Origin: Alphaproteobacteria bacterium
GTDB lineage: Bacteria > Bacteroidota > Bacteroidia > Bacteroidales > FEN-979
Direction of reading: 5' to 3'
DNA length: 24,000 nucleotides
NCBI GenBank assembly: GCA_009928665.1
Contig: SACF01000039.1
Span: 1-24,000 of the forward strand
Every line of letters starts with the position of its first letter. The stretch's first letter is position 1. The notes beneath the pieces are model-generated. The model ran no database searches and was not told the origin of the DNA. It saw only the letters and a list, made by a program, of their open reading frames with translations. Made by a program: the position numbers and the translations under genes. Of the stretch, positions 6,958 through 15,368 are shown in pieces.

Positions 6958-7173
6958 GCTGTTCAGGTTCGGACCGGGCGCCTGCATGATCCGTATTCAT
7001 GCCTGAACCCTCTTGTTCATTTTATCCACGCCCTTTGCCGGTATCATCAGTACGGGTTGACGCATTTCGAAAAATTGTATATTTATCCCCGGAAATCAAC
7101 GAGTAACCGGCGCATGCCGCCTTCAATTTCAATCTCTGTCTGAACAACAATCCCTGTTAATCAGAATTGACTC

Positions 7174-7560
7174 ATGAACATTCCCTTCACCCCCTCGCAG
7201 TTTTTCGGAATCATCGAAAACTACAATGAAGCCGTATTCCCCACCCAGATCCTCCAGGTGCTGACCTATTTCATCGAAAGTACCCGTCATACAACCATTG
7301 TCATGGGCCTCCCCTGCCCCACTACCATCCTGACCTTCGGCCTGCTGCTCATCGCCGGGAAAACCCTTCCGACATACCTGCTGATTATTCCGTTCCTCTG
7401 GGCGCTGGTCGGGACCACTGCTACTTTCAAATTCGGGGTCATCCCCGATTACATGCTGATCCTTGCAGCCGTCATCACGGTGATCCTCCGCTTCATCAAA
7501 AAAAGGCAGAAGGAGGCCGGTGTCGGCGAGCAAACCATCGATTATAAATCCTCAACATGA
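7174..7560 (+). CDS. Small integral membrane protein, DUF6064-like (appears short for the family)
   Basis: 128 aa. The N-terminus IPFTPSQFFGIIENYNEAVFP and the later GLPCPTTILTFGLLL...IPFLWALVG resemble, from memory, conserved blocks of the DUF6064 membrane family. It overlaps the next gene by ATGA (7557..7560), which supports co-translation. Confidence 0.55.
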   Translation: MNIPFTPSQFFGIIENYNEAVFPTQILQVLTYFIESTRHTTIVMGLPCPTTILTFGLLLIAGKTLPTYLLIIPFLWALVGTTATFKFGVIPDYMLILAAVITVILRFIKKRQKEAGVGEQTIDYKSST

Positions 7561-8192
7561 AACTCCCGAAACACTTCGCCATCTATTTCAGGGCCTTTTA
7601 CAAGCCTTCTGAGGCTTTTGAGGCCCTCCTTGCCGGAAATTATTTCCGCGCAGGCTTTTTGTTCATGATGATCCCCCTTGCACTGTATACCCTGATGTAC
7701 TTCATGCTCTGGGCAGGAAACGGGGCGCCTTCAACGTTTGCTCCCTGGCTGAACATTCCCAGGGAACAATACTACTACTGGAATCGGTTTCTCGTCGCCC
7801 CGAGCATGATGTTCGCCTGGTTTGCCGCTGCCTCTTTCATGCAGGTCATTGCCCGCACCCTGAAAGGCTCCGGCTCCTTCGAAGCCACCCTTGGGCTGAC
7901 CGGCCTGTCGATCTCTGTGGCCATGTGGAGTACGCTGCTGCACGACCTGCTGATGAGTTTTTTCAGCATGACCGGGGTCATAGATGCCCGGCTGCATGAA
8001 ATAGCCATGAACAGCCCTACTATCTGGCGAAACATTCTCTGGGCCTGTTTTGCCCTGTACCTGTTTGCCTTTCCGGCGTTGTTTTACCGGACGGTGCGGG
8101 CGGTGCACCAGCTAAGTAAAGCACGGAGTTTTTTTATCGCCCTTGCATCTTTTCTGATTTTCCAGTTGATCTTCCTGGTATTTAACCGGTGA
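7557..8192 (+). CDS. Multi-pass membrane protein, Yip1-domain-like
   Basis: 211 aa with about five hydrophobic helices. The N-terminal FYKPSEAFEAL is reminiscent of Yip1-family proteins. It has a 4 bp start/stop overlap with the upstream gene. Confidence 0.6.
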   Translation: MKLPKHFAIYFRAFYKPSEAFEALLAGNYFRAGFLFMMIPLALYTLMYFMLWAGNGAPSTFAPWLNIPREQYYYWNRFLVAPSMMFAWFAAASFMQVIARTLKGSGSFEATLGLTGLSISVAMWSTLLHDLLMSFFSMTGVIDARLHEIAMNSPTIWRNILWACFALYLFAFPALFYRTVRAVHQLSKARSFFIALASFLIFQLIFLVFNR

Positions 8193-8233
8193 ATGCCCTT
8201 GAAAACCTCCCGATTTCTCCATTCCATCCACTG

Positions 8234-9007
8234 TCAGCCAACATTGTATTTCACCGTGGTAAGTTCGAATTTCCCATAGCAGAACTCCCCTTCCGGCCTA
8301 ATGTAGATCACATCCGCCCGGTAAGGAAGAATCATTTCGCCGGATGCGCGGTACTCAACGACCGGTGTCCGCCAGGGGTGGTTGATATACTTTTTCCCGT
8401 CGGTGGTTTCGAAGCGATCGTGGCTGAGAAAATCGATGAGCCTTCCATCGTCGGCAAAAGTAAGCGTCCCGGTTACCCGGAGGTTACCGTTGGTGAGGGT
8501 CGCTCCTGCCTGTAATGGTCCCTTTTCCTCCCAGTGGATTCTCGGGTCGGTAAGGGTAGCAGGCGCCATAAAACACATATCGTTTAACAGCGTTACAGTC
8601 TCTCCCTGATCCATCTCCGGTCCTTTGGCATCGGCTACCCGGAAGAGGGAAACCAGCCGGATCTGCATCGTGGCTTTGCCCTCCCGATAAACATGTAGCC
8701 CGGCGACCGGTATTCCCGCTTTCATTGCACGGATATAAAAGAACCGACTTAAATCCGGATAAAAGTTATGCTGTTCCGACCTGAACTTCATCCAGCCAGC
8801 GTCGGGAGCAGAACGCATGACGCCCCGGGCAGCGACAAATACGTTCTTCACGCCGGGCTTGCCAAGGCATCCTACGAAACGAAGATACCGCTTCACAACT
8901 TCGGGAAGGTGGTGTTTATCCTCTTCGGTCACCATTTCAGGCTGCCCGGTAGCCTGATGTTCCATTGCCATAGCAATTTCTTTCCTGTATTGAATCTTAA
9001 ATCCCAT
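8234..9007 (-). CDS. Conserved hypothetical protein (DUF6544-like)
   Basis: This is a long ORF with no competing gene. The motif LPEVVKRYLRFVGCLGKP near the N-terminus resembles DUF6544 proteins from memory. ATG 9007 is preceded by AAGGAG with an 8 nt spacer, and the track start at 9013 is a TTG. Confidence 0.65.
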   Translation of the reverse strand: MGFKIQYRKEIAMAMEHQATGQPEMVTEEDKHHLPEVVKRYLRFVGCLGKPGVKNVFVAARGVMRSAPDAGWMKFRSEQHNFYPDLSRFFYIRAMKAGIPVAGLHVYREGKATMQIRLVSLFRVADAKGPEMDQGETVTLLNDMCFMAPATLTDPRIHWEEKGPLQAGATLTNGNLRVTGTLTFADDGRLIDFLSHDRFETTDGKKYINHPWRTPVVEYRASGEMILPYRADVIYIRPEGEFCYGKFELTTVKYNVG

Positions 9008-9082
9008 ATTCAAAGCTCCTTTTTTGGATGGATGATGAATTCACATTGAATACCCTTAAAATTACACAAATTATCTTTCAGC

Positions 9083-9115
9083 ATAATAAAAAGCCGCCCC
9101 CTGAGAGGACGGCTT
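9083..9115 (-). terminator. Rho-independent terminator candidate after the 9144..9800 gene
   Basis: Read on the minus strand, the sequence is AAGCCGTCC-TCTCAGGG-GGCGGCTT (imperfect stem, one bulge) followed by TTTTATTAT. It begins 29 nt after the stop codon. Confidence 0.5.
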
Positions 9116-9143
9116 CATGACCTGAAAAAATTTCTGTCGACAG

Positions 9144-9800
9144 TTAGAATTTCCCGAATTTCAACCCCACGGTGGCCGTGAAATTGTTCATTATGGTGGA
9201 GGAGGTGTTGATCAGATCAAGCCCCGCCACGTACCGGTAACTCACGCCGGCGTTCAGTCGCATGAACTTCAGGATATTGATCTCGGCACGGACCCCGGGC
9301 TCCACAACAAAGTACTGATCTTTGTCGATGGTTCTGCGATGTTCGTCACAGTCATCCTCATCCCATTCCGGGTAATCCGGGTCGGTGATGTAGGAGGCAT
9401 CCCCTCCGCCGATCAGAACCGGGAAGGTAACGTGAACCATCGATTTTGGGAAAAGGGTGTACTCGAGCAGTAGTCCGCCATACCCGCCTTCAAGATATGC
9501 ACCGGTAGTGTCGGTAACATTCGGATAATACATCCCATTACGGTTGCACCAGCCGCGTCCCGTCAAACCGAGGGTGAAATTGTGGTTGATGATCATACCA
9601 ACGCTCAGTCCGGCCATCCAGACATCACGTCCGCTGAATTGTGTGTACCCCGGGTCAATCCCGATAACCCAGCCAATCCTGGTCTTTTTCTCCTTCCCGA
9701 AAATAGTGTTCATCTCATCCGTTGAATTCGGCGTCTCTGTCTGGGCCTTTACCATAACAACCATGAGCAGCAATGCGACCATTAATGATAATTGTTTCAT
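9144..9800 (-). CDS. Outer-membrane beta-barrel protein with signal peptide
   Basis: It has the signal peptide MKQLSLMVALLLMVVMVKAQ, alternating amphipathic beta-strand pattern, and the C-terminal ...VGLKFGKF with a terminal Phe typical of OMPs. Confidence 0.75.
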   Translation of the reverse strand: MKQLSLMVALLLMVVMVKAQTETPNSTDEMNTIFGKEKKTRIGWVIGIDPGYTQFSGRDVWMAGLSVGMIINHNFTLGLTGRGWCNRNGMYYPNVTDTTGAYLEGGYGGLLLEYTLFPKSMVHVTFPVLIGGGDASYITDPDYPEWDEDDCDEHRRTIDKDQYFVVEPGVRAEINILKFMRLNAGVSYRYVAGLDLINTSSTIMNNFTATVGLKFGKF

Positions 9801-10101
9801 ACTGAATTGATTTTGTTTAATTTGTGAATTGATTAACAGATCGTGTTTTGAAACATTGGATGCATACTGATTTCATATGTTACAGGGGATGGCCGTAAAA
9901 CAGTTGAATCCGGGTATTCAATCGTTGAATGATACAAAACATCCGATGAACCCAAGAAGGATCCACGTTCGGAAAATAATGGCAGAGATTATGAATGGGG
10001 AAGTTAACCGGATTTCAGGCTTTTTCATATACTGAGCCTTTCAGGTGAGACATTTTGCAAAACTACACTTCCGGTTCAAAGAGTTTTGTATGACGCTATG
10101 T

Positions 10102-10581
10102 TCATTCCGACTTTCGCTTTTTTCGCACTTCGGTCAGCTGGTCTCTTTTTTTTGCGGCAGCTCCGATAATTTGAGATAATTCTGCCGACATCTGCACATA
10201 TTCCTGGTAATCGGAGGGGACTCCGGCTACATTTTGGGGAATATATTGCAGTTCACCGGCCGAAGAGAAGTCATCCTCGGCAATCACCAATCCGAAGTGC
10301 CTGACAATGTTCTCTTCAACAATATTATCGAGCGGACTGCTATTTCTCTCCTTCAGGTCGATATTCAATATAGATTGCATTTTAGATTTCATTTCCCGGA
10401 AGTCGGCGGTATCATTACCACCCACGGCAACGGATATCAGTTCGCGGGGATCGAAAGCATTGACAACCGTGTACATTGTGGTTGGAGCGCCGAATCCCGT
10501 GGCATGAAACCATGCTTTCCTATAATCATCGAAGGTCTTTCCTTCTCTGAGCCTCCGGTGAATGATCGTGATAAATTTCAT
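10102..10581 (-). CDS. Hypothetical cytoplasmic protein, unknown family
   Basis: 159 aa ORF preceded by a strong Shine-Dalgarno sequence (AAAAAGGAGGTAATCC-ATG). It has a Lys/Arg-rich C-terminal tail. No family was recognised. Confidence 0.55.
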   Translation of the reverse strand: MKFITIIHRRLREGKTFDDYRKAWFHATGFGAPTTMYTVVNAFDPRELISVAVGGNDTADFREMKSKMQSILNIDLKERNSSPLDNIVEENIVRHFGLVIAEDDFSSAGELQYIPQNVAGVPSDYQEYVQMSAELSQIIGAAAKKRDQLTEVRKKRKSE

Positions 10582-10632
10582 GGATTACCTCCTTTTTTGT
10601 TGGTTCGGATATCAAACTGAATACTATTTTAC

Positions 10633-10728
10633 TCAATGCTGATCGGCTTGTTCGAGCATGATTTGGTAAAATTCATCGGGCATATCGGCCATGGGGACAT
10701 GAGAGGAGGGTAACTCAAGATCACCGGG
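10633..10728 (-). pseudogene. Possible relic of the C-terminus of an alpha/beta-hydrolase gene
   Basis: The minus-strand frame reads PGDLELPSSHVPMADMPDEFYQIMLEQADQH*. It resembles the catalytic-His end of alpha/beta hydrolases (..H.P..E.PdeF...i..f). An in-frame stop closes it upstream at 10729..10731, so only ~31 codons remain. Confidence 0.25.
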
Positions 10729-10943
10729 TCATAGCAGCTTTACATTCGTCAACCTGCTATGATTCAGTATTATATGAGGTATAATAACAAATGTACTACA
10801 AATTTCAGCAAAAACAAAGGTGTTCAAAGCTCATCCCGGTGAAACATTTGATGAAAAGCTGAAGAAAGAGGACCTTCCTTGCTGAAGCTGTGACCAATTA
10901 ATGATCAGATGGTTTGAAACCCTGGGGTGAGGTACTTTTCAGT

Positions 10944-11852
10944 TCATGGCCTGACCAGGAGCCGAAGTGTTCCCCAGCAACGTCCTTCCGACCACAGGGT
11001 TGCATAACAGATCTCGCCGGAGAGGCCAAAGTTGTCGACCGGGATGAGATGATCGCCTTCGCTAACCGATCGTTCGATACAGCCGGCTGCATCGCCCCGG
11101 GAAGTAGTGATTTGGATGAGTATTGATCCCGGCCGAAATGCACGCACGAAAAGATAGGTCCTGTCGCGGAAGGGATTAGGAAAATTCTTCTCAAGGATAC
11201 AACCGGACGATGGGGACGGGCCCCGGTCTATGATCCCCACCGGGAATTCAACACCGGTGATCAGTCGGATACGGTTCGCATTGTACTCGGATACAAATAA
11301 ATTACCTTCCGCGGTAAGAGCGATACTGTTGGGACCGTTGAACTGAGCCGAATCAGCAGGGCCGTCTTTCCCCCCGGAGACACCTGTCCCGGCTAATACG
11401 GTAACATTACCCGCGGGCGATATCTTATAGATTTTATGATGACCGTATGCAGGAAGGTACAGATTGCCCGACTGCCCCCGGGCAAGGTACTGGATCCGCG
11501 ATGTGGAGGGATTGGGAACCGTTGCAAATACCGTGACAATCCCGTTTGGGGCGACCTTGTTGACGATACCCGTGTTATAATTTGATACATAAAGGTTCCC
11601 GTCAGGATCGAAAACCAGACCGATTGGCCCGCTGAATCCCGATGCGAAGACCGATTCCGATCCCCCGGGCGTTATTTTGCTTACCGTGCCGCCGCCATAG
11701 TTCGACACATAAAGGTTCCATTCGTTATCGAATGCAAACGCACTGGGATGGTTCAGCCCCGTGGCGAAGTCGGTCTTCACTCCCGCCGGTGAAGTGCGGG
11801 TAATCTTACCGGAATTATAGTCGGATATATAAAGATACCCGGGCCTGGCTTT
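10944..11852 (-). pseudogene. 5'-truncated NHL-repeat beta-propeller protein with a T9SS C-terminal sorting domain
   Basis: It has repeated LYVSNY..G.V.KI.P.G NHL-like units. The C-terminal LEKNFPNPFRDRTYLFV...GEICYATL...TLRLLV matches the T9SS type-A CTD pattern. The frame is open to 11852, and the repeat (GYLYISDYNSGKITRTSPAG) continues upstream of the first possible start (GTG 11780). There is no signal peptide and no ATG. An in-frame TGA at 11853..11855 sits just below the sulfatase stop (11879). Confidence 0.65.
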
Positions 11853-11878
11853 TCAGCAAAAGACAGCCGGCCCTGCCA

Positions 11879-14293
11879 TCAGTCTCTTTCAAAAGCGGCC
11901 TGCGCCTCTTTCACGATATCGAGATACTGGGTTTTGTCGACGGTTACTGCCACGAAAATGATCCTGCCTCCCCTGAATGTTCCGGGAACCTTATACGCAC
12001 GACTTACGGCATCGCCACTGTCCCATCCCACGCAAAGTCCGTCCCCACCAAGGGAGAACTTCCCAGGCTGGGTCTTCATCGGACCTTCGGCAACGACCTT
12101 ATCGTTCACATATAACTTCATCGATCCTATAGATTCGTGGTGGGGGCCAGCCTTTTCGCGTTTGAACTCCATGCCAAAGGTGTATTTCCCGGGTTTAAGT
12201 TCCGGAGATACGAATTCCTGCTCAGGTGCAATCCCAAGAAAATTGTACACATAGTGCAGTTTCCTGTCCTTGATGAACAGAGAGTGTCCGCCGAAACGCG
12301 ATCCATGGGCGAAGATGACGCCTGAACAGTCCTTATCGGTAATTTCAACGTCGGTAACGATCATATACGAACGGCCGACCACATCCACCGCTACTGCCAA
12401 AGGAACAGGCGAATCGCTGGGGAAATAAATGTATTTGTCACGGGGAGGCTGTCCCGTGGGACGATGAGCACCGGCAAATTCCAGAGCATTCCTGTCGTCA
12501 AGCGGAAGCACGAAATTTTTCTCCGCTTCATCAAACCAATCCTTGACCAGTTCCTTGAGTTTTTCAGGATTTTCCTTTGCCAGGTTTTTCGATTCGGCGC
12601 GGTCCACATCCACATGATAAAGTTCCCATTCATCCTTATCAAAATTGCCCGTACTGGTCATGGGGGCATGTACGGAAGAGACCTTCCAACCGTCCTTCCA
12701 GAGTCCGCGTGTCCCCATCATCGCATAGTATTGAATATGTTTCCGGGTAGGATCATCGGGCTTTGCGGTAAACGTATAGGCCATCGAAACACCGGAAAGC
12801 GGATATTGCTTTACCCCGTTATAAACATCCGGCATCTGAAGTTTGCACACTTCAAGGATGGTTGGCACAATATCGACGGAATGGTGGTACTGGTTCCTGA
12901 CTTCCCCACGGGCCTTGATACCCTTCGGCCAGCAGATGACCAGCGGATCACAGGTTCCGCCGGCATATTCCGAATAGCGTTTGAACATCTTGAAGGGAGT
13001 CGAAAAGGCCGCGGCCCATCCGGTTGGTATATGCTCATACGTGTCGGGATTCCCCAGCTCATTGATATATTTGATGTTTTCTTCTATAACGTCGGGATAG
13101 CCGTTGAAGAACTTGTTCTCATTGACCGAACCGTTGGGGGAACCTTCTCCTGAGGCACCGTTGTCGGCTGCATAGATGATGATGGTGTTTTTAAGCTGTC
13201 CCGATTTTCTCAGATATTCGATCAACCTTCCCACCTGGGCATCGGTATATTCCGAAAATCCGGCGTACACTTCGGCCAGTCGTGAAAACAGTTTCTTCTC
13301 CTGAGGGCTCAGACTGTTCCAGGGCCGTACAAAATCAGCTTTATTGGCAATAGATTTTGGCAGGGGATTTAAAGGTGTAAGCTCCGTGCCTTCAGGCAGA
13401 ATTCCTTTGGCAATCATCCTGGGAAGGACCCACTTGCGGTAAGCCTCATAACCATCGTCGAACTTTCCCTTATACTTGTCGATATATTCCTGCGGACATT
13501 GATGGGGGGCGTGATTGGCACCCGGACAGTACCACATATACCAGGGTTTGGTGGGATTGCTTCCATTCTGTTCGCGTATCATGTTGATGGCCTGATCGGC
13601 AAGATCCTTTGAAAGATGATAACCTTCCTCGGGATAATACGGCTGATTGATGAAATGATTATCCGAGACAAGTTCAGGATACCATTGGCTTGATTCTCCA
13701 CCCATGAAACCGTAAAAACGGTCGAATCCCTGTGAAAGAGGCCAGGTTTTCCGATCTCCCGCCATGGAAATATCCTGCGTAGGGACGTTGTGATTCTTGC
13801 CAATCCAGAACGTACCATATCCGTTGTCGCGCAAAACACTTGCAATTGTGGCACATTCATCCGGGATACGCCCGTTGGCACCCGGGAATCCTGAAGCACA
13901 CTCGGCGATCGAAGCATACCCGTTCAGATTATGGTTCCGGCCGGTCAGCAGCGTGGAACGCGTGGGTGAAGAAAGTGCACAGGTATGGAACTGCGAATAG
14001 ATCAGTCCGCTGTCGGCAAGCATCTGCAAAGTAGGCATGTTGGCCCTGCCGCCAAAGGGAGACCAGAAGGCCAGACCCGTGTCATCGTACAGAATAAAAA
14101 GAATGTTGGGTGAGCCTTCGGGCGCTTGTTTGGGAAGGTACGGGATCCAGTCCTCGGTAGATTGACGGATATCCAGCTTCATCTCACCTTTGAATTTTCC
14201 GGTGTCGGTTGCGTGTTGTTTGCAGCCCGTGAGTCCTGCTATGGTCAACGGAATCATGCCTAATGACATAGCCTGAGTGGGGATTCGTCTCAT
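11879..14293 (-). CDS. Large arylsulfatase-family lipoprotein, Ser-type active site
   Basis: About 800 aa. The sulfatase signature is ILFILYDDTG...FHTCALSSPTRSTLLTGRNHN, in which the (C/S)xPxR position reads S-S-P-T-R (Ser114 of the track ORF, nt 13970..13972). The signal peptide has the lipobox LTGC. ATG 14293 is preferred over the TTG at 14311. Confidence 0.9.
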   Translation of the reverse strand: MRRIPTQAMSLGMIPLTIAGLTGCKQHATDTGKFKGEMKLDIRQSTEDWIPYLPKQAPEGSPNILFILYDDTGLAFWSPFGGRANMPTLQMLADSGLIYSQFHTCALSSPTRSTLLTGRNHNLNGYASIAECASGFPGANGRIPDECATIASVLRDNGYGTFWIGKNHNVPTQDISMAGDRKTWPLSQGFDRFYGFMGGESSQWYPELVSDNHFINQPYYPEEGYHLSKDLADQAINMIREQNGSNPTKPWYMWYCPGANHAPHQCPQEYIDKYKGKFDDGYEAYRKWVLPRMIAKGILPEGTELTPLNPLPKSIANKADFVRPWNSLSPQEKKLFSRLAEVYAGFSEYTDAQVGRLIEYLRKSGQLKNTIIIYAADNGASGEGSPNGSVNENKFFNGYPDVIEENIKYINELGNPDTYEHIPTGWAAAFSTPFKMFKRYSEYAGGTCDPLVICWPKGIKARGEVRNQYHHSVDIVPTILEVCKLQMPDVYNGVKQYPLSGVSMAYTFTAKPDDPTRKHIQYYAMMGTRGLWKDGWKVSSVHAPMTSTGNFDKDEWELYHVDVDRAESKNLAKENPEKLKELVKDWFDEAEKNFVLPLDDRNALEFAGAHRPTGQPPRDKYIYFPSDSPVPLAVAVDVVGRSYMIVTDVEITDKDCSGVIFAHGSRFGGHSLFIKDRKLHYVYNFLGIAPEQEFVSPELKPGKYTFGMEFKREKAGPHHESIGSMKLYVNDKVVAEGPMKTQPGKFSLGGDGLCVGWDSGDAVSRAYKVPGTFRGGRIIFVAVTVDKTQYLDIVKEAQAAFERD

Positions 14294-14575
14294 AATGCGC
14301 TGATTTTTCAAGGTTTAAGTGCAGTGTTTTTTTTGGCACCACTGTGCCGGGGACAACAAATATAATAAATAAATATTTGTTAAATATTTATGCAAAGAAT
14401 ATTTTTGGGAATTTTATTTTAATACATTTGCGGTGTATGCATCAATCATGATTTTTAACGCTGATCACGGAACACCGGGGAGATCGATGCAGTAGGGAAT
14501 TAATCGTAACAGATGACCTCAAGTTAATTAATACCATCATTTTTCCGAAAATTTTAAACTCAGAAAACTCACATC

Positions 14576-15271
14576 ATGAAAAAAAACTATCTGCTTTTAT
14601 GCCTGGCTACCATTGCCTTTCTGGGAAACATCACTGCCCAGCCCGATATGAAGGAGACCATGTCGATCATAAAATCCAGCCTCGTCCAGAGCAAAGTCAA
14701 CATGCGGCAGTATTCCTGGATTGAAACGACCAAAACCTGGATCAAGGGTGAACTGAAATCCACAAAACAAAACCAGTGTTATTACAGCGTGGATGGAAAA
14801 CTGATTAAAGTTGCCACCGGCGGAACCGTTCAACCTGCTCCTTCAGGCGGAATCAAAGGGAAGATCATCGCCAATAAAAAGGAGGATATGCAGGAATATG
14901 TGACCCGGGCCATGAACAAGATCAATGATTACCTTCCTCCCGATGGCGACAAAATCCAGCGAATCTATGAAAGCGGTAAAGTCGCGATCCAGATCCTTGA
15001 ACCCGGGAAGAAATTCAAACTGGACTTTCCCAATTACATGCAGAACGGCGACATGTTATCGATTTCTGTAGATATAGCGGCAAAGAAACTGCTTGCCCTG
15101 TCGGTCGCTACCTGGCTTGATGCACCTTCGGATAAGGTGGGTTTAAATGTTAAATACAATTCCCTCCCCGACGGAACACAATATGAAGCCGGCACTGTGC
15201 TGACAGCCGATGCCAAAAACCTTAAACTCGAAATCGAAGAATCAGGATTCAGAAAAGGGAACGGACAGTAA
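14576..15271 (+). CDS. Secreted hypothetical protein
   Basis: 231 aa. The signal peptide is MKKNYLLLCLATIAFLGNITA/QPD. No family was recognised, and it is a clean ORF with no competitor. Confidence 0.65.
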   Translation: MKKNYLLLCLATIAFLGNITAQPDMKETMSIIKSSLVQSKVNMRQYSWIETTKTWIKGELKSTKQNQCYYSVDGKLIKVATGGTVQPAPSGGIKGKIIANKKEDMQEYVTRAMNKINDYLPPDGDKIQRIYESGKVAIQILEPGKKFKLDFPNYMQNGDMLSISVDIAAKKLLALSVATWLDAPSDKVGLNVKYNSLPDGTQYEAGTVLTADAKNLKLEIEESGFRKGNGQ

Positions 15272-15368
15272 TTTTTCAGATGAAGTATCCATAGGAACCA
15301 GGTTCATGCAAACCGTGAATGATCCTGAAGTATTTTCAATGACCCATAAAATATAATAATATTTACAT

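Noticed and set aside
8189-8609. Plus-strand ORFs 8189..8515 and 8382..8609
   Set aside because: They are antisense to the better-supported 8234..9007 gene, and no start context or motif supports them.
11841-11878. Imperfect hairpin immediately after the sulfatase stop as a bona fide intrinsic terminator
   Set aside because: The stem needs two internal loops or bulges, and the downstream T-run (CTTTATATAT) is weak. It is mentioned only as context in the truncation finding.
11934-14034. Multiple ORFs inside or opposite the sulfatase gene (for example 12464..13153 plus, 229 aa)
   Set aside because: The sulfatase frame is continuous over 800 codons with the family signature. The others are frame shadows.
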